A stretch of DNA of 64,000 nucleotides, from assembly GCA_051294375.1 (NCBI GenBank), contig CM119271.1, positions 13,259,039-13,323,038 on the forward strand. Reading direction: 5' to 3'. The position numbers and the translations under genes are program-made. This stretch comes from Paraspadella gotoi. Lineage: Eukaryota > Animalia > Chaetognatha. Position 1 is the first letter of the stretch. Each line of letters opens with the position of its first letter. The notes beneath the pieces were generated by a model. The model was not told where the DNA came from. It saw only the letters and a program-made list of their open reading frames with translations, and ran no database searches. Below, piece by piece: positions 11,697-25,190 of this stretch.

Positions 11697-13918
11697 TCAT
11701 TTCCTTCTCCTTCTATCCCTGATTAATTTGCATACGAAATCCACGGTCAGGTCCTCGCAGGGTCGATTAGCCCAAGCGTTGTCCCACGTGCTTCCTTCGT
11801 CCAGATACACGTAGACGCAATTTCGGCTCGTCCGATCGAATGGGTAAAACCTGACCCAGGCCGGGTGGTCGTCGGGCAGAGTGGAACCGTCCGTCAACCA
11901 CTTGAAGACTCCGGCCTCGGGATCGAATTTGGCGTCGAGCCAAAAAGCGAGATATTTACGACCGGCGGATTTGAAGTTGGTCTTCATGATGTCGAAGACT
12001 CGGCGCCATTCCTCGAGGTCTTCGAAGGAGACGAGTTGGCCGGTTTGGGTTCTGGAAGGAGGTGCGGGGGAAGGGATGGATTTTGGGGGATGGAAGGGGC
12101 AGGCGAAATCCAGCGTTACTTAGTTGTTGGAGACGGAAAAAGTTTAATCAAAAAAAATTCATATATATAAACAAATTAAACATGCTAGATAAGAATACAA
12201 CAACATCGTCGTCGTTATTATCCGATATAATCGATATAAAAATACTGTAATAAAAAGACTTGAAAATAAAATTTAGTTGAATAGAATTACGTAGAAAAGA
12301 ACCACAAAAAAAATATAAAAACAAATAAACTCATACTAGTATGCAAACGCAAACAAAATCCAAATTAACAAGATCATTCTATAGATATATACCGGATATT
12401 ATATACATACTTATATCATAGTCTATATACATAATATAGACCATATTTAAGAGCGAAACAAAACAGCATCAAAACTAACTCGCATTTTTTATTCACATCC
12501 TTCATCGGCAAAGTTTCATTCGATCCAAATAAGAAACGATATTCTTCGAGGCCGACTGGAATCCCGCTCGCTGGAAAATAAAATATTGTATTTGTATTTG
12601 TATAAGAATAATCGATCAATAATCCATTCTCTGCCATGTTACTATTGGCCGCAGGAATTATACTAATTTCTAAGTTGAACAAATTAAACAAATTGTTAAA
12701 CCAATTGTTTCAAAACTAAATCAATACGCGTCAGTCTTTTGTTTTCTCTAATGTTCTTTCAAATCGCTTCGATCAGCGCCTCTGCCGATGTTTGACTGTT
12801 TGATATCCAACCCATTAGATACGTTACACTTTTGTTTCTCTTTTTAATTTAAAAAAAAAAAATTGTCTGTCGATCTCTCGATCTCATGAAGTACATTATA
12901 TACAATTAGCGCCTGTATCATGTGTTTCAAAATAAAAAAAAAATAAAAAATAAAAATAAAAAATCCGTTCGCCTTTTGTTCGCCCCGTTAATTTCTTCCC
13001 TACTGAAATCTCTAGCATCAGCGCCTCTTCCGGATGAAGATCGGAAACTCACGAGTCTCGCAATCGGAGCCTCGATATCCGTCCACGCAGATGCATGATC
13101 CGTCGTCCGGGAAACATTGGCCGTTGTTGAGGCACTCGACGCCGTTGCAGAGATCGGGAGGGGGCGTCGGGTCTGGTTTGGAAGATGTGAGAGTGAATGA
13201 AGTGGAGGAATGGAATTATTGAATGGAAGGAATGAATGGAATGGATGAATGGAATGGATGAATGTAATGAATGGAATGGATGAATGGAATAAACGAATGG
13301 AATGAATGAATGATTTAATGAGTGAATCAATGAATGAATGAATAAAAGAATGAATGGAATGGAAGATTTTAAATAAATGAATATATAAATGAATGACTGA
13401 ATGAATGGAATGAATGAATGGAATGAATGGAATGAATGAATGGAATGAATGAATAAATAAATGAATAAATGAATGATGTAATGAGTGAATCAATGAATGA
13501 ATGAATGAATAAAAGAATGAATGGAATGGAAGATTTTAAATAAATGAATAATTAAATGAATGACTGAATGAATGAATGAATGAATGAATGAATGAATAAA
13601 TGAATAAAAGAATGAATCAACGGAATAAATGAATGAATGGAACGAGTAAGAGAATGAATGAACGAAAGAATGAAATGAATGAAAGACAAATAAATGAATG
13701 AACGACAAAATGAATGAATGAATGAATGAATAAAAAACTAAGTTTAAAACGTATGAGTTAGTTTTACTTATTTTACTTAATCAACGCATAATCGAGACCC
13801 GCTCACCTTGGGTCCCGATGGACGGCCGCAGGCCAATAAGACTAGCGCATCCCGCCGTCCCTCTGACGGCGAACAAAAGACTCAGAAAACGAAGACAAAT
13901 TTGGAGAGCGATGTTCAT
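11697..13918 (-). CDS. Secreted EGF + C-type lectin-like domain protein, paralog B
   Basis: Exons 13918-13807 (signal peptide MNIALQICLRFLSLLFAVRGTAGC..), 13172-13053 (EGF CNGVECLNNGQCFPDDGSCICVDGYRGSDC), 12570-12480, 12051-11697 (LVSFEDLEEW..FWLDAKF..CVYV..WANRPCEDLTVDFVCK); splice phases are compatible. Confidence 0.85.
13200..13732. repeat. Degenerate (GAAT/GGAAT)n microsatellite in an intron
   Basis: Direct reading; source of the spurious HSFI ORFs. Confidence 0.9.
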
Positions 13919-14580
13919 TTTTTTTACAGCGTGGGAGGAGAGACACCTGGGATACTTTTCTGAATTTTTTTTTTTTTTCTTAATCTGAAAAAAAAGGGCA
14001 GCGCGACTTAGAAGTGAGGTAGAGCGAGCGTTAAAGAAAAGGTTCGATTTTGACATTTCAAAAACATTTGTGCGGAATAATACGGAGATGGTATTAGTAG
14101 TAATTATAGGAAAATATTTCATTTTGAAATGACCATAAGAATATTCTCGTTCATGCAAGTAGACGAAGCTGACTTTAAATCTGTGGGTAGTTTAAGAATA
14201 TCCCTCTGTGATCGATTTTGTGGGAAAATATCTGGTACAAAATTCGTGATTGGGTTCAATGAAAACGATCCCGATTTTTTTCAAAGTCTGTTCACGGTTT
14301 TTGTGAGTTGTGACTGCGGTGAATTCCCAAAAGCGTCGGCGTACACAATTTCAAAAAAAGTGGTTTGGTGAGGCAAGTATCCATTTTCCAAATCTCCGCT
14401 CAAAAAGACGATATCACATCAGTTATCTCATCAGTTTATCACATCAGTGGACGATTCCAAGTTTATTCACATCAAAATCTATGACAGTACGACATCCACC
14501 AGTTCGTGGTCGACTTCTGGACGCAATAACGAGCAAGTCTTGTGGTCGATTCGTGATCCTCGTCTGTGGATTCGGGGTCT

Positions 14581-16064
14581 TCAAAATTCGCACATGAAAT
14601 CCCTCGTCTTCCTATCGCACGGCGCGTTGGTCCAGGATCTATTGACGTTCGCTCCGCTGCCCACGTAAGCGAAGACGCATTCCCCGTGAGCCGTCGGGTC
14701 TAAAGGAAAAGGTTCGAACCAGGCGGGGAAGTCGTTGGGCAGGCGAGCGCCCGTAGAACCCCAGACGAACGATCCGGCGGAAGTTTGGAATCGGGCGTCG
14801 AGCCAGACGAAGGCCTGCGCCGTGGAAGTGGTCGTCATTTTGGTCTCGAGGAGTTGGAGGGCGGTCGACCACTCGGCCAGGGATTCGAAGGCCACTGGGG
14901 AGGCGGAGAGGCCTCTGGGAGACGGAGGGGGGGGGGGAGGAGGGGGAAATGTTGGGGGGAAATTAATAAATAGAGAAGTTAATAAATATAAATAAAAAAT
15001 AATTAAATCAATCAAATCAATCGATAAATAAATAAACAACGGAACAAGATCAATAAAATTCTGATAAATTATGACAAAAAAATGATTACTACAAAAACGA
15101 TCAAATGAAAACGACAGCCGATGACACTGACAGACGATGACACTGACACTTACATACGATGACATCGATGTCGCTTTCACCTGCACAACTCGTCCAGGTC
15201 TTCCCTCGTCGCCGCCTGATCTGACTCCAGCTTGATGTAGTAAGCGTCGTCGCCCGGAGGAGAATCTTCCTCTGTCGTGAGAGAATGATGTAGCGAGTAC
15301 GAAGACTGTTATTATAGTATTATTATAGTAATATTATAATAGTATTATTATGGTAATATATACTAGTAGTTATTTTTTTTATTTATTTATTTATTTATTC
15401 GTTTAATCTTGTAGACCTTCGTTTATGCCTTTGTTTTTTTAATGTATTATTTTATGTATATTAAGTCGTTAATTTAATTTATTTTTATAAATTCAGTTTT
15501 TAGTTTATATATATTTTATTAGTACAGTATTTATGCTTTTACTCATTCATCTATTCCTATTTTTTTTCGTTCTGTTTTGAATTTTACGTTCATTTATCAA
15601 TCAAATAATATATTTATTTATCCATTAAATAATGTATTTAGCTAACAATATTCAAACCTCTCTCGCAAAATTCTCCCTCGAAACCGGGACGACATCTGCA
15701 AATTCCGTCGACGCAATTTCCCAAATTGAAACAATAAACGAATTCGCAATCCCTTTGCTCGTTGAAGGAACCTTGGTTAAAGTTTATTTTAATTAATTTA
15801 AATATATTTAAACGTTTAATTACAAAATAGCGTTTTTCTGCGATGCCCGCGCCTCGTGCCGCATTCGGAAATGACCCACCAATGCTGCATGCCGCAAAAA
15901 AAGCCGCATCCCTCGTCTATCAATTCTCCCGAGCACACCTTTCTCTTCCCCGCACCTGGAGAGGGTTTCCCGCCGGATCTCGAGGACGCCGAATTGCAAG
16001 CGAACGAGAAACGAACGAAGACGAACAAAACGACGAACAAAATGACGAACAGATCGAAGAACAT
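14581..16064 (-). CDS. Secreted EGF + C-type lectin-like domain protein, paralog C
   Basis: Exons 16064-15956 (MFFDLFVILFVVLFVFVRFSFAC..), 15771-15658 (EGF CEFVYCFNLGNCVDGICRCRPGFEGEFC), 15271-15181, 14914-14581 (PVAFESLAEW..VWLDARF..CVFA..WTNAPCDRKTRDFMCEF*). Confidence 0.85.
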
Positions 16065-16380
16065 TTTCGTCGTTTTATTCAAGGCGGCGTCTCTTCGTCG
16101 CTAGGCAACGGGGCCGTCGTCAAGGATTTTAATCATAATTAAACATTTTTTTATGATCGTTTGAAATTCAACATTTTTTAAAAAAAACTTTATTGTTTAC
16201 GTTTGTTGTTTACTTTCAAAGGATGATAATATTTTTCACGCGATATTCCTTCTTTTTTAATGCGAACACAAAAACCAAATAAAAAAAGAATTTGGAATTT
16301 AAGCGTAAAAAAAGTTACGCTCCTTTTGCTGGAATTAACTTTTTCCCCAAATTCCCCTTCTCGCTTTTTTGTTTTTTTGG

Positions 16381-16488
<108 letters not shown>

Positions 16489-18175
16489 AATTATTCAGCC
16501 TAATTCCTTTTGTTTTTTTTTCCTATCTTCCACTTAAGCTGATTTCCCTATTTCTTTTTTTTCCCTATTTCTTTTTTTCCGCCGCAAGAGTCCGACGCTA
16601 TTTCATTGTTATGCGCGGGAGAATCTTTGGGTAAAAAATATTTCTCCGCTCAAAAACGGATTGCTGTTTTTTGTTGTTGTTCTTGTTGTCTTGTTTCTTT
16701 TGTTGATTCTTATCCCTTTTGTTTTTTGTTTTTTTCCGTTTCGATAAACCGCCGCCAGAGAGTTTTAAAGCTTGACTGGTTAAGGAGGGATCGTGACCCT
16801 TTTTCGGTGGCACGACAAGGATCTGCGATTAGGAATGAGAATCGGTCAACTTCTAATTTGCATATGCGCGTGCCTATTATCAACGCACTTAACGTTAATT
16901 AATGTAAAGGATACGATGGCAGCTAATAATTTCATAATTTATTTATTCACTTAATTTTAAGTCTTAAGGTCTAACTCAACATCAATATAGTCTCATCGAA
17001 ATTCGATCTTGCACTCGATTCCAGTTCAAGATTTGGGTGCAGTTTCTTCATAAAAAAAAACTAGGGCTCTCTTTTCCGAGAGTGCCCTATTATATATTAT
17101 AAATTCCCGGAATTTAATTGTTTTATTTAAGTATTTAAATATTATTTAATTTATGAATCAATGCTTAACCCTAATCACTAACCTAATCCCTAACCAAATT
17201 TTAAACTTAAAAAGAAAAAAATTTTTTTTTTTGATTCAAGATAAAATGGAGAGATCTGGGAAAAAAAGGCCAAAACTAGTAGTAGAAAAACTTATTTTGC
17301 GACGACGACGACGACGACGACGACAAAACCAACGACAACGATACTCAAAAAATAAAGTCGATGGAAGCCCGGCTGACCATTGACCGATGCCATTCGTTAT
17401 TCCACCAATGAGAGAGCTCGAATCTATCTCTTGCAGATTCTTCTCACGTCGTCGATCCGATTCCGGTTTCCCAAGTTCGATTCGTCTGTGATGTTATCAC
17501 ATAACGCCTCACCTTTCTTAGACTCACCCTCCCCTTACCATCCTCATGGCAAAAACCAAAGACCAAAAACTGTACAAATCGCGCCAGAATGAATTTCTGA
17601 AAAAACTACAGAAAAACCAACTTTATTTCATTACAGTATCGTTTTATTAAGAAAAAAAATATATGTACAAAAGAAAAGAGAAGTTCTTTTAAGTCAATGT
17701 ATTATTAAAAAAAAATTAGAAATTGGAAATGTGTATTTTTAAAAGAGGATCCATATGTGTAAGTTGAAAATTAATCAGATTCGTCATTCAAGAGCTAAAA
17801 CGCCCTAAAAATAAGGTTAAAGTTAAAAATACGTCAATTTCTTTCTGATCTTACGCTCTAATAAAAAATAATTGCTGAAAAAAACGGATGGCCAAATTTA
17901 AAAAAAACAAATTTTAACCAAATTTGTGACAATAGTTGTTTTTTTCCCATGAATATTATTGACCAATAATATTTTTTTATTATAACGAGACTTATTTGCG
18001 CAATGTTTTAGGGTCTCCCTTTTTTGCACAGAACTGTTTTACTCAATAACTAACATTAAGAGTAAAACAATTTTTACTTTTCCAAAAATACAATTGTTTG
18101 ACGTCAACAATGAGTCGCAGACATGGCGCCATCTTTCAGCTCAAATCTTCATCTCCGGCACGCCCAACATCTCCT

Positions 18176-20977
18176 TCAAGTTTCCTCGACGTCATCGAAA
18201 TCGGAAGAAACTCGTGGCGTCAAAAACGTCCTCGACTCGCGACCCAGTGTGACCGCGTTCCACGAGAGAACGCGACGTATTCGACCGATGAAACGATCTT
18301 TCGGAATCGATTTACGAACCTTAAGAGTAAATAAGATGCAATCTTCTATTGACTAATCATTTGACCAAATTGTATCAGGAAAAACTCTTATTTAGTTGGG
18401 ACTCGAGCTTGTGGAGTTCTAACCCTAGTCTGTCCAAAGTCAGGAGTCAAATAGCGTATTTCTTGAAAGAATGGATAATTTTAAAATAGGCTTTAAACTA
18501 AATTCATCAAAATATTTGGTTAAAGATTTCGTCATAGTTTTTTTGTTGAAACTGCTCACTGATAAAACTGAGCAGTTATTGTAATTGTATTATGTCCCCG
18601 ACCATATCAAAAGTACGACTAATTATCCCCGTTTGGCATACCTGTCCAAAAAAATATGTTCCCGGAACCCAACTGTTCAGACTATCATTTCAAATATTTC
18701 TCCAATGATTTCTTGGCCATTGATGTAAACATTAACTTTTCCGGACGAAGTGTTCATCTTGAACAACACCTGAAATTTGACAAAGAACGATCCATTTTAT
18801 CTTGAATTACGGAATTAGATCAAGTTTTCGAGTTTAAGATTAGGATAGAGATTAGGGTTAGGGATTAAGTTAAAGATTAGGTAAGTGATAGAGGTTAGGG
18901 ATTTTTTGTGATTAATGTTAGGGATTTAGATTAGGGAGTAGCTTTAGGGTTAGAGGTTAGGTTAAAAAATAGATTTAAATTAGGGTTTAGAGTTCAGTAT
19001 TAGGTTAGGGATTTGGGTTAGGGATTAAGTTAAAGATTAGGTAAGTGATAGAGGTTAGGGATTGGTTTGTGATTAATGTTAGGGATTTAGATTAGGGAGT
19101 AGCGTTTAGGTTAGAGGTTAGGTTTAAAAATTAGATTTAAATTAGGGTTTAGAGTTCAGTATTAGGTTAGGGATTTGGGTTAGGGATTAAGTTAAAGATT
19201 AGGTAAGTGATAGAGGTTAGGGATTTGGTTTGTGATTAATGTTAGGGATTTAGATTAGGGAGTAGCGTTTAGGGTTAGAGGTTAGGTTAAAAATTAGATT
19301 TAAATTTAGTTTAAGTTCAGTATTAGGTTAGGGATTTGGGTTAGGAGATTAAGTTAAAGATTAGGTAAGGATAGAGGTTAGGGATTTGGTTTGTGATTAA
19401 GTGTTAGGGATTTAGATTAGGATAGTTAGATTAGAGGTTCAGGTTTAAAAATTAAGGATAAGAGTTTAAGGGTATAGAGTTCAAGATTAGGTTAGGATCA
19501 GGGTAAGAGATTAAGTTAATAAGTTTAAAAACATATTTAGATTAAATATTAAGGTTGACATTTGTGTTTAATACTTTCTTTTTCGTCGCGTTTTATTTAA
19601 GAAAAAAATTTATGAGACAGTAAATATTGTTAAGTGTTAGTGACAGAACCCTTCAATATTAGCTGTCCCTGAGCTTCGGATCAGGATGTAACACCGTGTA
19701 CAGACGGGTTAAGCGACACGTCCCTCTTAACTGCTAGGCGACCAACGGGCGAGAACCCCGGACCTTTGGGTTGGGAGGCGAATGACTTGCCTCCTGCACC
19801 AATGGCCGCAGACGAACGGTTGGTGGATTTTAGTCCACAATACAATTTTAAATTGAGCGAACTACGCTCGAATGACAAATGACAGTCGGACATCTCGTTG
19901 TTTGCTCGATTAAAAATTGTTTTTCCTAAATATTAAGGTTAAAACTAAGTTCCGGGAAAAGCGAAAACCGTCACGCATTCATTTCATTTCAAGATTTTCA
20001 ACTCGATCCTGCGTTCTAAGTTTCCCGCCACGATTAACCTGAATCCATTCCTCGATTTTGACCTCGTATTTTTCAGAATAACATTCTATGATCTCATTTC
20101 CCTGGCGTAATTCAAAGGTGACGTTTTTAGGTTGAAATCGCAATCGAAACGCGCGTTCGGCAGGCGTCACGTGATAATCGAAGATTGTCGTTCTTCCGTC
20201 GATGGAAGCAAAGTTGATTTGGAAGAGAAGGACGAACTCATTGACCTCTGAAATGTCTAGTTTAAGTTCGGCCAGAGCTTTGGGTGAGGCGGCCGGAAAA
20301 TGTAGGCAGGTCCTGACTGAAGGGACTAGGGGGAACAATAAATACAAATATTATCCAATTATTAGTTGCGCCGCGAGTAATCGCGGAGCAACTCTATAAG
20401 TCATTTTTTGGTCGGTCTGTCGGTCCGTCGGTATGTCTGTCAGTCGGTCAGTCTCATTTACGTTAAAAATGCTCTTAACTTGCATATAGTTGGTTGCTCA
20501 TTTGTTTACAGGAAAAAAACCTCAAATCTAAGGGACTCCTAACGCCGCCTTCAGGAAATCCTAAAAAAAGAATAAAAGACAATATATCATAAATATACGG
20601 GCTAAAAAGGTTATGGTAATCATGTCATGTAATGTAACAAGAAACATATGTGATAAGGCAGTCACTGCGGCGCAACACATTTGAATACCGTTCTTGTTCG
20701 ATTGAATATTCTGCCCCTGACTTTGAACAGGCTATAGTGAGATCAGGGCTCTGTTCCTGTAGCAAGATAGTGACATAGTGGGACTCTGCAATCTTGTAAT
20801 CAAGATGAAGTGGTATTATCTCTCACGTATATTTGTATGAACATATTAAGTAATAAAAAGGGACTACTGTAAAAGAAACTATTGTACTTGGCGGTAGCAT
20901 TTAAATCTAGGGTGCTTATTGATATGAAATTAGTACAAACAATAAACAAACTATCCTTTAACATGATAATAAAAACG

Positions 20978-21065
<88 letters not shown>

Positions 21066-21783
21066 GAATAATAATATGAATAATAATATGAATAATGCTA
21101 ATACAAGTTTTAAAACAAGATTCTCTTATAGTCTTGTTAAATTACCACATTGCCATAGTATTTTATAATATTCATCGATTGAAATATAAAATTTTATACA
21201 AGTGGGTTATTCTTACGAGCTTTTTGATATGAAATTTTTCGTCTTTTGTCATTTTCGCCTTTTGTCCTGAAAGATTTGCATGTTTCGTTGGGGATGCAAT
21301 CCGTGGAATCTCTGAGAGGGAAATCGGTATTTATTAATAGCTTGGCATTGTTTATTGAATTACAAAATTACTCCTAACTTTAAAAGGTTTATCGGCGAAA
21401 CTGTGTCCTTGTTGTATCTGGAACTACGGTAAAATAACGCCGTTTGTCCTGCGTGAAAAATATTTAGCAGTTAAGGAAACGGTGATAAGAACTAATATAA
21501 TATAATAATAACAATATAATATAATATAATATATATATAATATAATAATATCAGCATTCAGCTTCGATTTTGCTAGTCAAATGTCATTTACCTGATAGTC
21601 CAACTTTTAACAAGATGAAACGAGAATTTGTTTTGTCCGGGAAAGTTTTAAATAAACAAAACAAAAAAATTAACACAAAATTTAGGATTTTTTTGTTAAC
21701 TATATTAAATATTTACCAGTAAAGTCGCCTCTTGTCACAATTCCGAAGACAACCAGAAAAATGATATTGCTTTTCAATTTCAT
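18176..21783 (-). CDS. Secreted pentraxin/laminin-G (ConA-like) domain protein; model incomplete
   Basis: Signal exon 21783-21717 (MKLKSNIIFLVVFGIVTRG); exon ~20316-20039 (CLHFP..FVLLFQINF..TIFDY..EEWIQ); exon 18769-18642 (VLFKMNTSSGKVNVYINGQ..PGTYFFGQ, one indel); exon 18319-18176 (FIGRIRRVLSWNAV). These match the pentraxin/LamG3 pattern W..V......G....Y.NG...GQ...F.G.I..V..W. Exons at 21200-21650 are unresolved. Confidence 0.6.
18835..19520. repeat. ~161-bp tandem repeat (~4 copies) built from TTAGG/TTAGGG-like submotifs
   Basis: ggattaagttaaagattaggtaagtgatagaggttaggg recurs at ~18862, 19022, 19184 and 19346. Confidence 0.85.
19630..19808 (-). mobile_element. tRNA-derived SINE-like element
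   Basis: Minus strand GGCCATTGGTGCAGGAGG (A-box-like) ... CCGGGGTTCTCGCCC (degenerate B-box) followed by a non-tRNA tail; a GC-rich island in an AT-rich intron. Confidence 0.5.
20361..20698 (+). mobile_element. DINE-1/HINE-like element copy
   Basis: Full-length relative of 2540-2910; further partial copies at ~47278-47430 (-), ~52350-52537 (+) and ~23570-23630. Confidence 0.65.
20978..21064. repeat. (AAT)n microsatellite
   Basis: Direct reading. Confidence 0.95.
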
Positions 21784-24070
21784 AATCTATGTAAAATTGG
21801 CTTTCTCAAATTTTTAATAAAACTAAAAGTATGTTAGACTCAAATTGGCTCGAACTACGATATAAAGAAAATGTTTGTACTGAAGTAAAACATCAGAGCA
21901 AGTCCAGTATTTTTAGGTCTTTTTGTACAGGACCTTTGCACATTAGGGTGGAGCGATGAAAAGGTTGAGCGATTGAACAATGTTTTTTGCTGCCTTTATA
22001 TATTTAATAAGAAATAATTGAGCTATTTTTTAATAAAATTTTGTATAACAGTATGAGTATCATAATTTGAATTTTCATTATAGTAAGATCCTTGTGGCAA
22101 GGTCTCGGAGTCCCGCCACAGCGTGACGAAGGGGGGCGTGGCAACAATTGAGTCAAGTCCTCAGATCTTGACGCCAAAGATGATCATCTCTTGGAACATA
22201 TGATTGCAGGGAAAGTGTGACGATGGAACCGAATTATTGGTGATTAAATTAATTGTCTCAAGGAGTTTTTAATCATCAGAGATAATGATTAATTACATTA
22301 GATGATCGAGTAAAACAAAATTGTTTTAATAGCATAGTAAAACATGTATTTTTCACATGAGGATAAAAGCCAGACTGAATTTAAATCAGTAAACAATTCA
22401 TTAAGTAAACAATAGATTCAATATCAATGAGACATCTTCTGTTGAATGAGTTTGATTACTTGAAAACAAAAGGTTCATTATCATATTAAGTTCTTTATCT
22501 TGATGTTTGTAGAGAAGATTTTGTGGTTTCTGGTGGCCCAAGATTGGGAATCTTGGTGCTCCAATGGCCGAGTTCGTGTTCAATCCCCGATGCCTTCTCT
22601 AGTGACCATATCCTTATAAAATCATAAAATTTTAAAATGTTTTTTATTTTATTTTAAGAGCAGTTTTGGATTCGCCAGAAAAAATGATTAAAACGTTTAT
22701 TATGTTTCAACTACAGAAAGTGAAAAAGGTGACAATTTTAATTTTTTTTCATTTTTGACGCTGAAGACATCAAAATATTTTATATTTTTGGCCTAACTTT
22801 TTATGAAGAATCGGAATCTGTAATAAAAATTCCCAAAAAATTATTTTAAAAAATGACTATTTTATAATGTTACTGTTCCCCAAACACTATAATAAAAATA
22901 TTTTTTATACCATTATCATGCTATCTTACGTCTAAATATTCTTGTTTGTTCACTCAAATAAAATTTTTGTTCACAATAGGTCCACCCTAACGCACAAGCC
23001 TTAAAAGCCATCGATTTCGTTGGACTCAAATCCGGAAGACAAGATTCAAATTTCGTTTGTTTATCGGAGAACAAACGAACATTTTTTGTACAAAACAAAT
23101 TTGTTTACCTAAAATATATTACGTTTTTGGAAAAAGCGTTGTCTTTTTCCCCCCATCTAATTCTAAGCGTCCTCAGGTTCGCGCAACTTCGGCGTCGATA
23201 CTCGTAAGCGGAACCGTATATCAAACCCACTGGTGGGGGCGGATTATAGTTGGATCCGAGGTTATCTAACTCGGAAATAACATCCGGGGTTTTTTTTTTT
23301 TTTATCTGACTCTGTGGCTTTAAATAAATTCGGTTTTGTTATAATTTGTACCTTTGCCACGTACCAAAGGATTACAACGTATTTGAGTAAAGTTCCTGTA
23401 ACTCTGTAAAAGAAATTGCAACAAAGTTGTGTTCAATATTAGTCTCGTATCAAAATTGATTTTTAAATTATCTAATCTTTTTCTTACTATTTTTTAATTT
23501 AGACGCCGAAACATTTTTTTTCCGTAACACAGTTTATATTTCTAAGCTTACGTTTCCTTTGTGATATGTACCGACCGACTTACCGACCGACAGACCGACN
23601 NNNNNNNNNACCGACAGACCGACCGACTAAAAAACATTTAACTCTTTGTCTTCTGCTTAAAATAGAGAATCCGTCGACGTATACAAGGCTGAAGTCAATT
23701 TGCAATAAATGATGTTGTTAACGATGATGTTGATGTTGAAGAATCAATGAAGATGTTGATGGTGATGTAGAAGATTCTGGAGATTCAACCGCTCCTCTTT
23801 GTTGTTGTTATTGATGTTGCTGTTGTTGTTGTAGTCGTTGTTGTTGTCTTTAATCCATTCCTGACTTCGATCGCGAATCTGGATTTCATAATCATTAAAC
23901 GCGGACGCGTTTGTACTCTCTCTCTCTCTCTCTGTCTCTCTTTCTCTGTCTCTCTTTCTCTCTCTCTCTCTCTTTCAAAATGGATCCCACCAATGAATAA
24001 TAAAAAAAGAGGGAGAAAATGGTTGAGCTGAACTTTTTTCTCCCGGAAAAGTTTGGCTAATTTCTTTCAT

Positions 24071-24158
<88 letters not shown>

Positions 24159-24991
24159 ATCTGTCCAAAATCGAATTATGAGAAAAAAGTGAGAGAGAGA
24201 GAGACCCCACCTTTGGTAGATGTTTTTGGCGGGAAAGTTTCGCTCGATGGAAAGAAACTCGCAGACTTTTTTTGGGTAAGTTAGTTTGAGAAATTAAAAA
24301 GTAAGAGGAGAGGGAAGAAGCCATCTTTGGCTATATTGTTCAAAAGTCGCTCATTTCGGGTTATATTTTGAATTAAGTTAAAGATTAGGTTTAGGGTTGG
24401 GGATAAGAGATAAGTTAAGTTAGAGTTAAGTTAAGTTAGAGTTAAGTTAATTAGGGCTTGTGGTTAAGTTAAAGTTAGATGTTATGTGTTTAATATTTAA
24501 TATAAAAACTTTCAAATTACTTGTTTCACTATTTTATGAAGGATTTAGTAATTAATCTATATTATTTATACAAATATATATTGGTTTCTTTCTTAAAAAT
24601 TAATGTTCAGCCTGTAAAAGAAAGAATAAGAATAAATCAATGAGAAAAACGTCAAGCTTATAATCGATTAAGAAACTTTTATTTCGGTAAAACAAAGACA
24701 AATTTGCTGATCAAGTCCTAATGTAATTTCCTCGAAAAGAGAAAAGAACAAATTTCTCTTTGACTCACAAAAGTCAAAATTTATCAAAAACTTGATTTCG
24801 ATATTTGAACAATTATTTCGTTTTTAATTATACTTCGGTAAAAAGTCTTTTTTTCCAAAATGTTTTTTAAAAAAAATTCAATAACTTTTTCCGCTCTCTC
24901 TCCTCTCTCTCTCTTTCATTCCCGCCTTTCTCTTCTTCGGGAAACTTAATTGAATTCCTGACTTTGCCTGAGGGATCAGTCGAATGGGGAA

Positions 24992-25047
<56 letters not shown>

Positions 25048-25110
25048 AGAGAGAAGAGAGGAGAGAGAGAGGAGTGCTCGTTGAGGCGATGGAGCGAGTA
25101 AATTTGATGG

Positions 25111-25190
<80 letters not shown>

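Noticed and set aside
12927-13708. HSFIHSFI-rich ORFs
   Set aside because: Intronic (GAAT)n microsatellite.
18835-19520. Telomere or chromosome-fusion site
   Set aside because: Degenerate higher-order repeat inside an intron, with similar tracts dispersed through the window.
22085-23890. Possible small spliced gene (exon-like blocks at ~22490-22612, 22980-23070, 23160-23270 and 23351-23402)
   Set aside because: Some splice-like boundaries, but I could not build a consistent frame or recognise a product; left unresolved.
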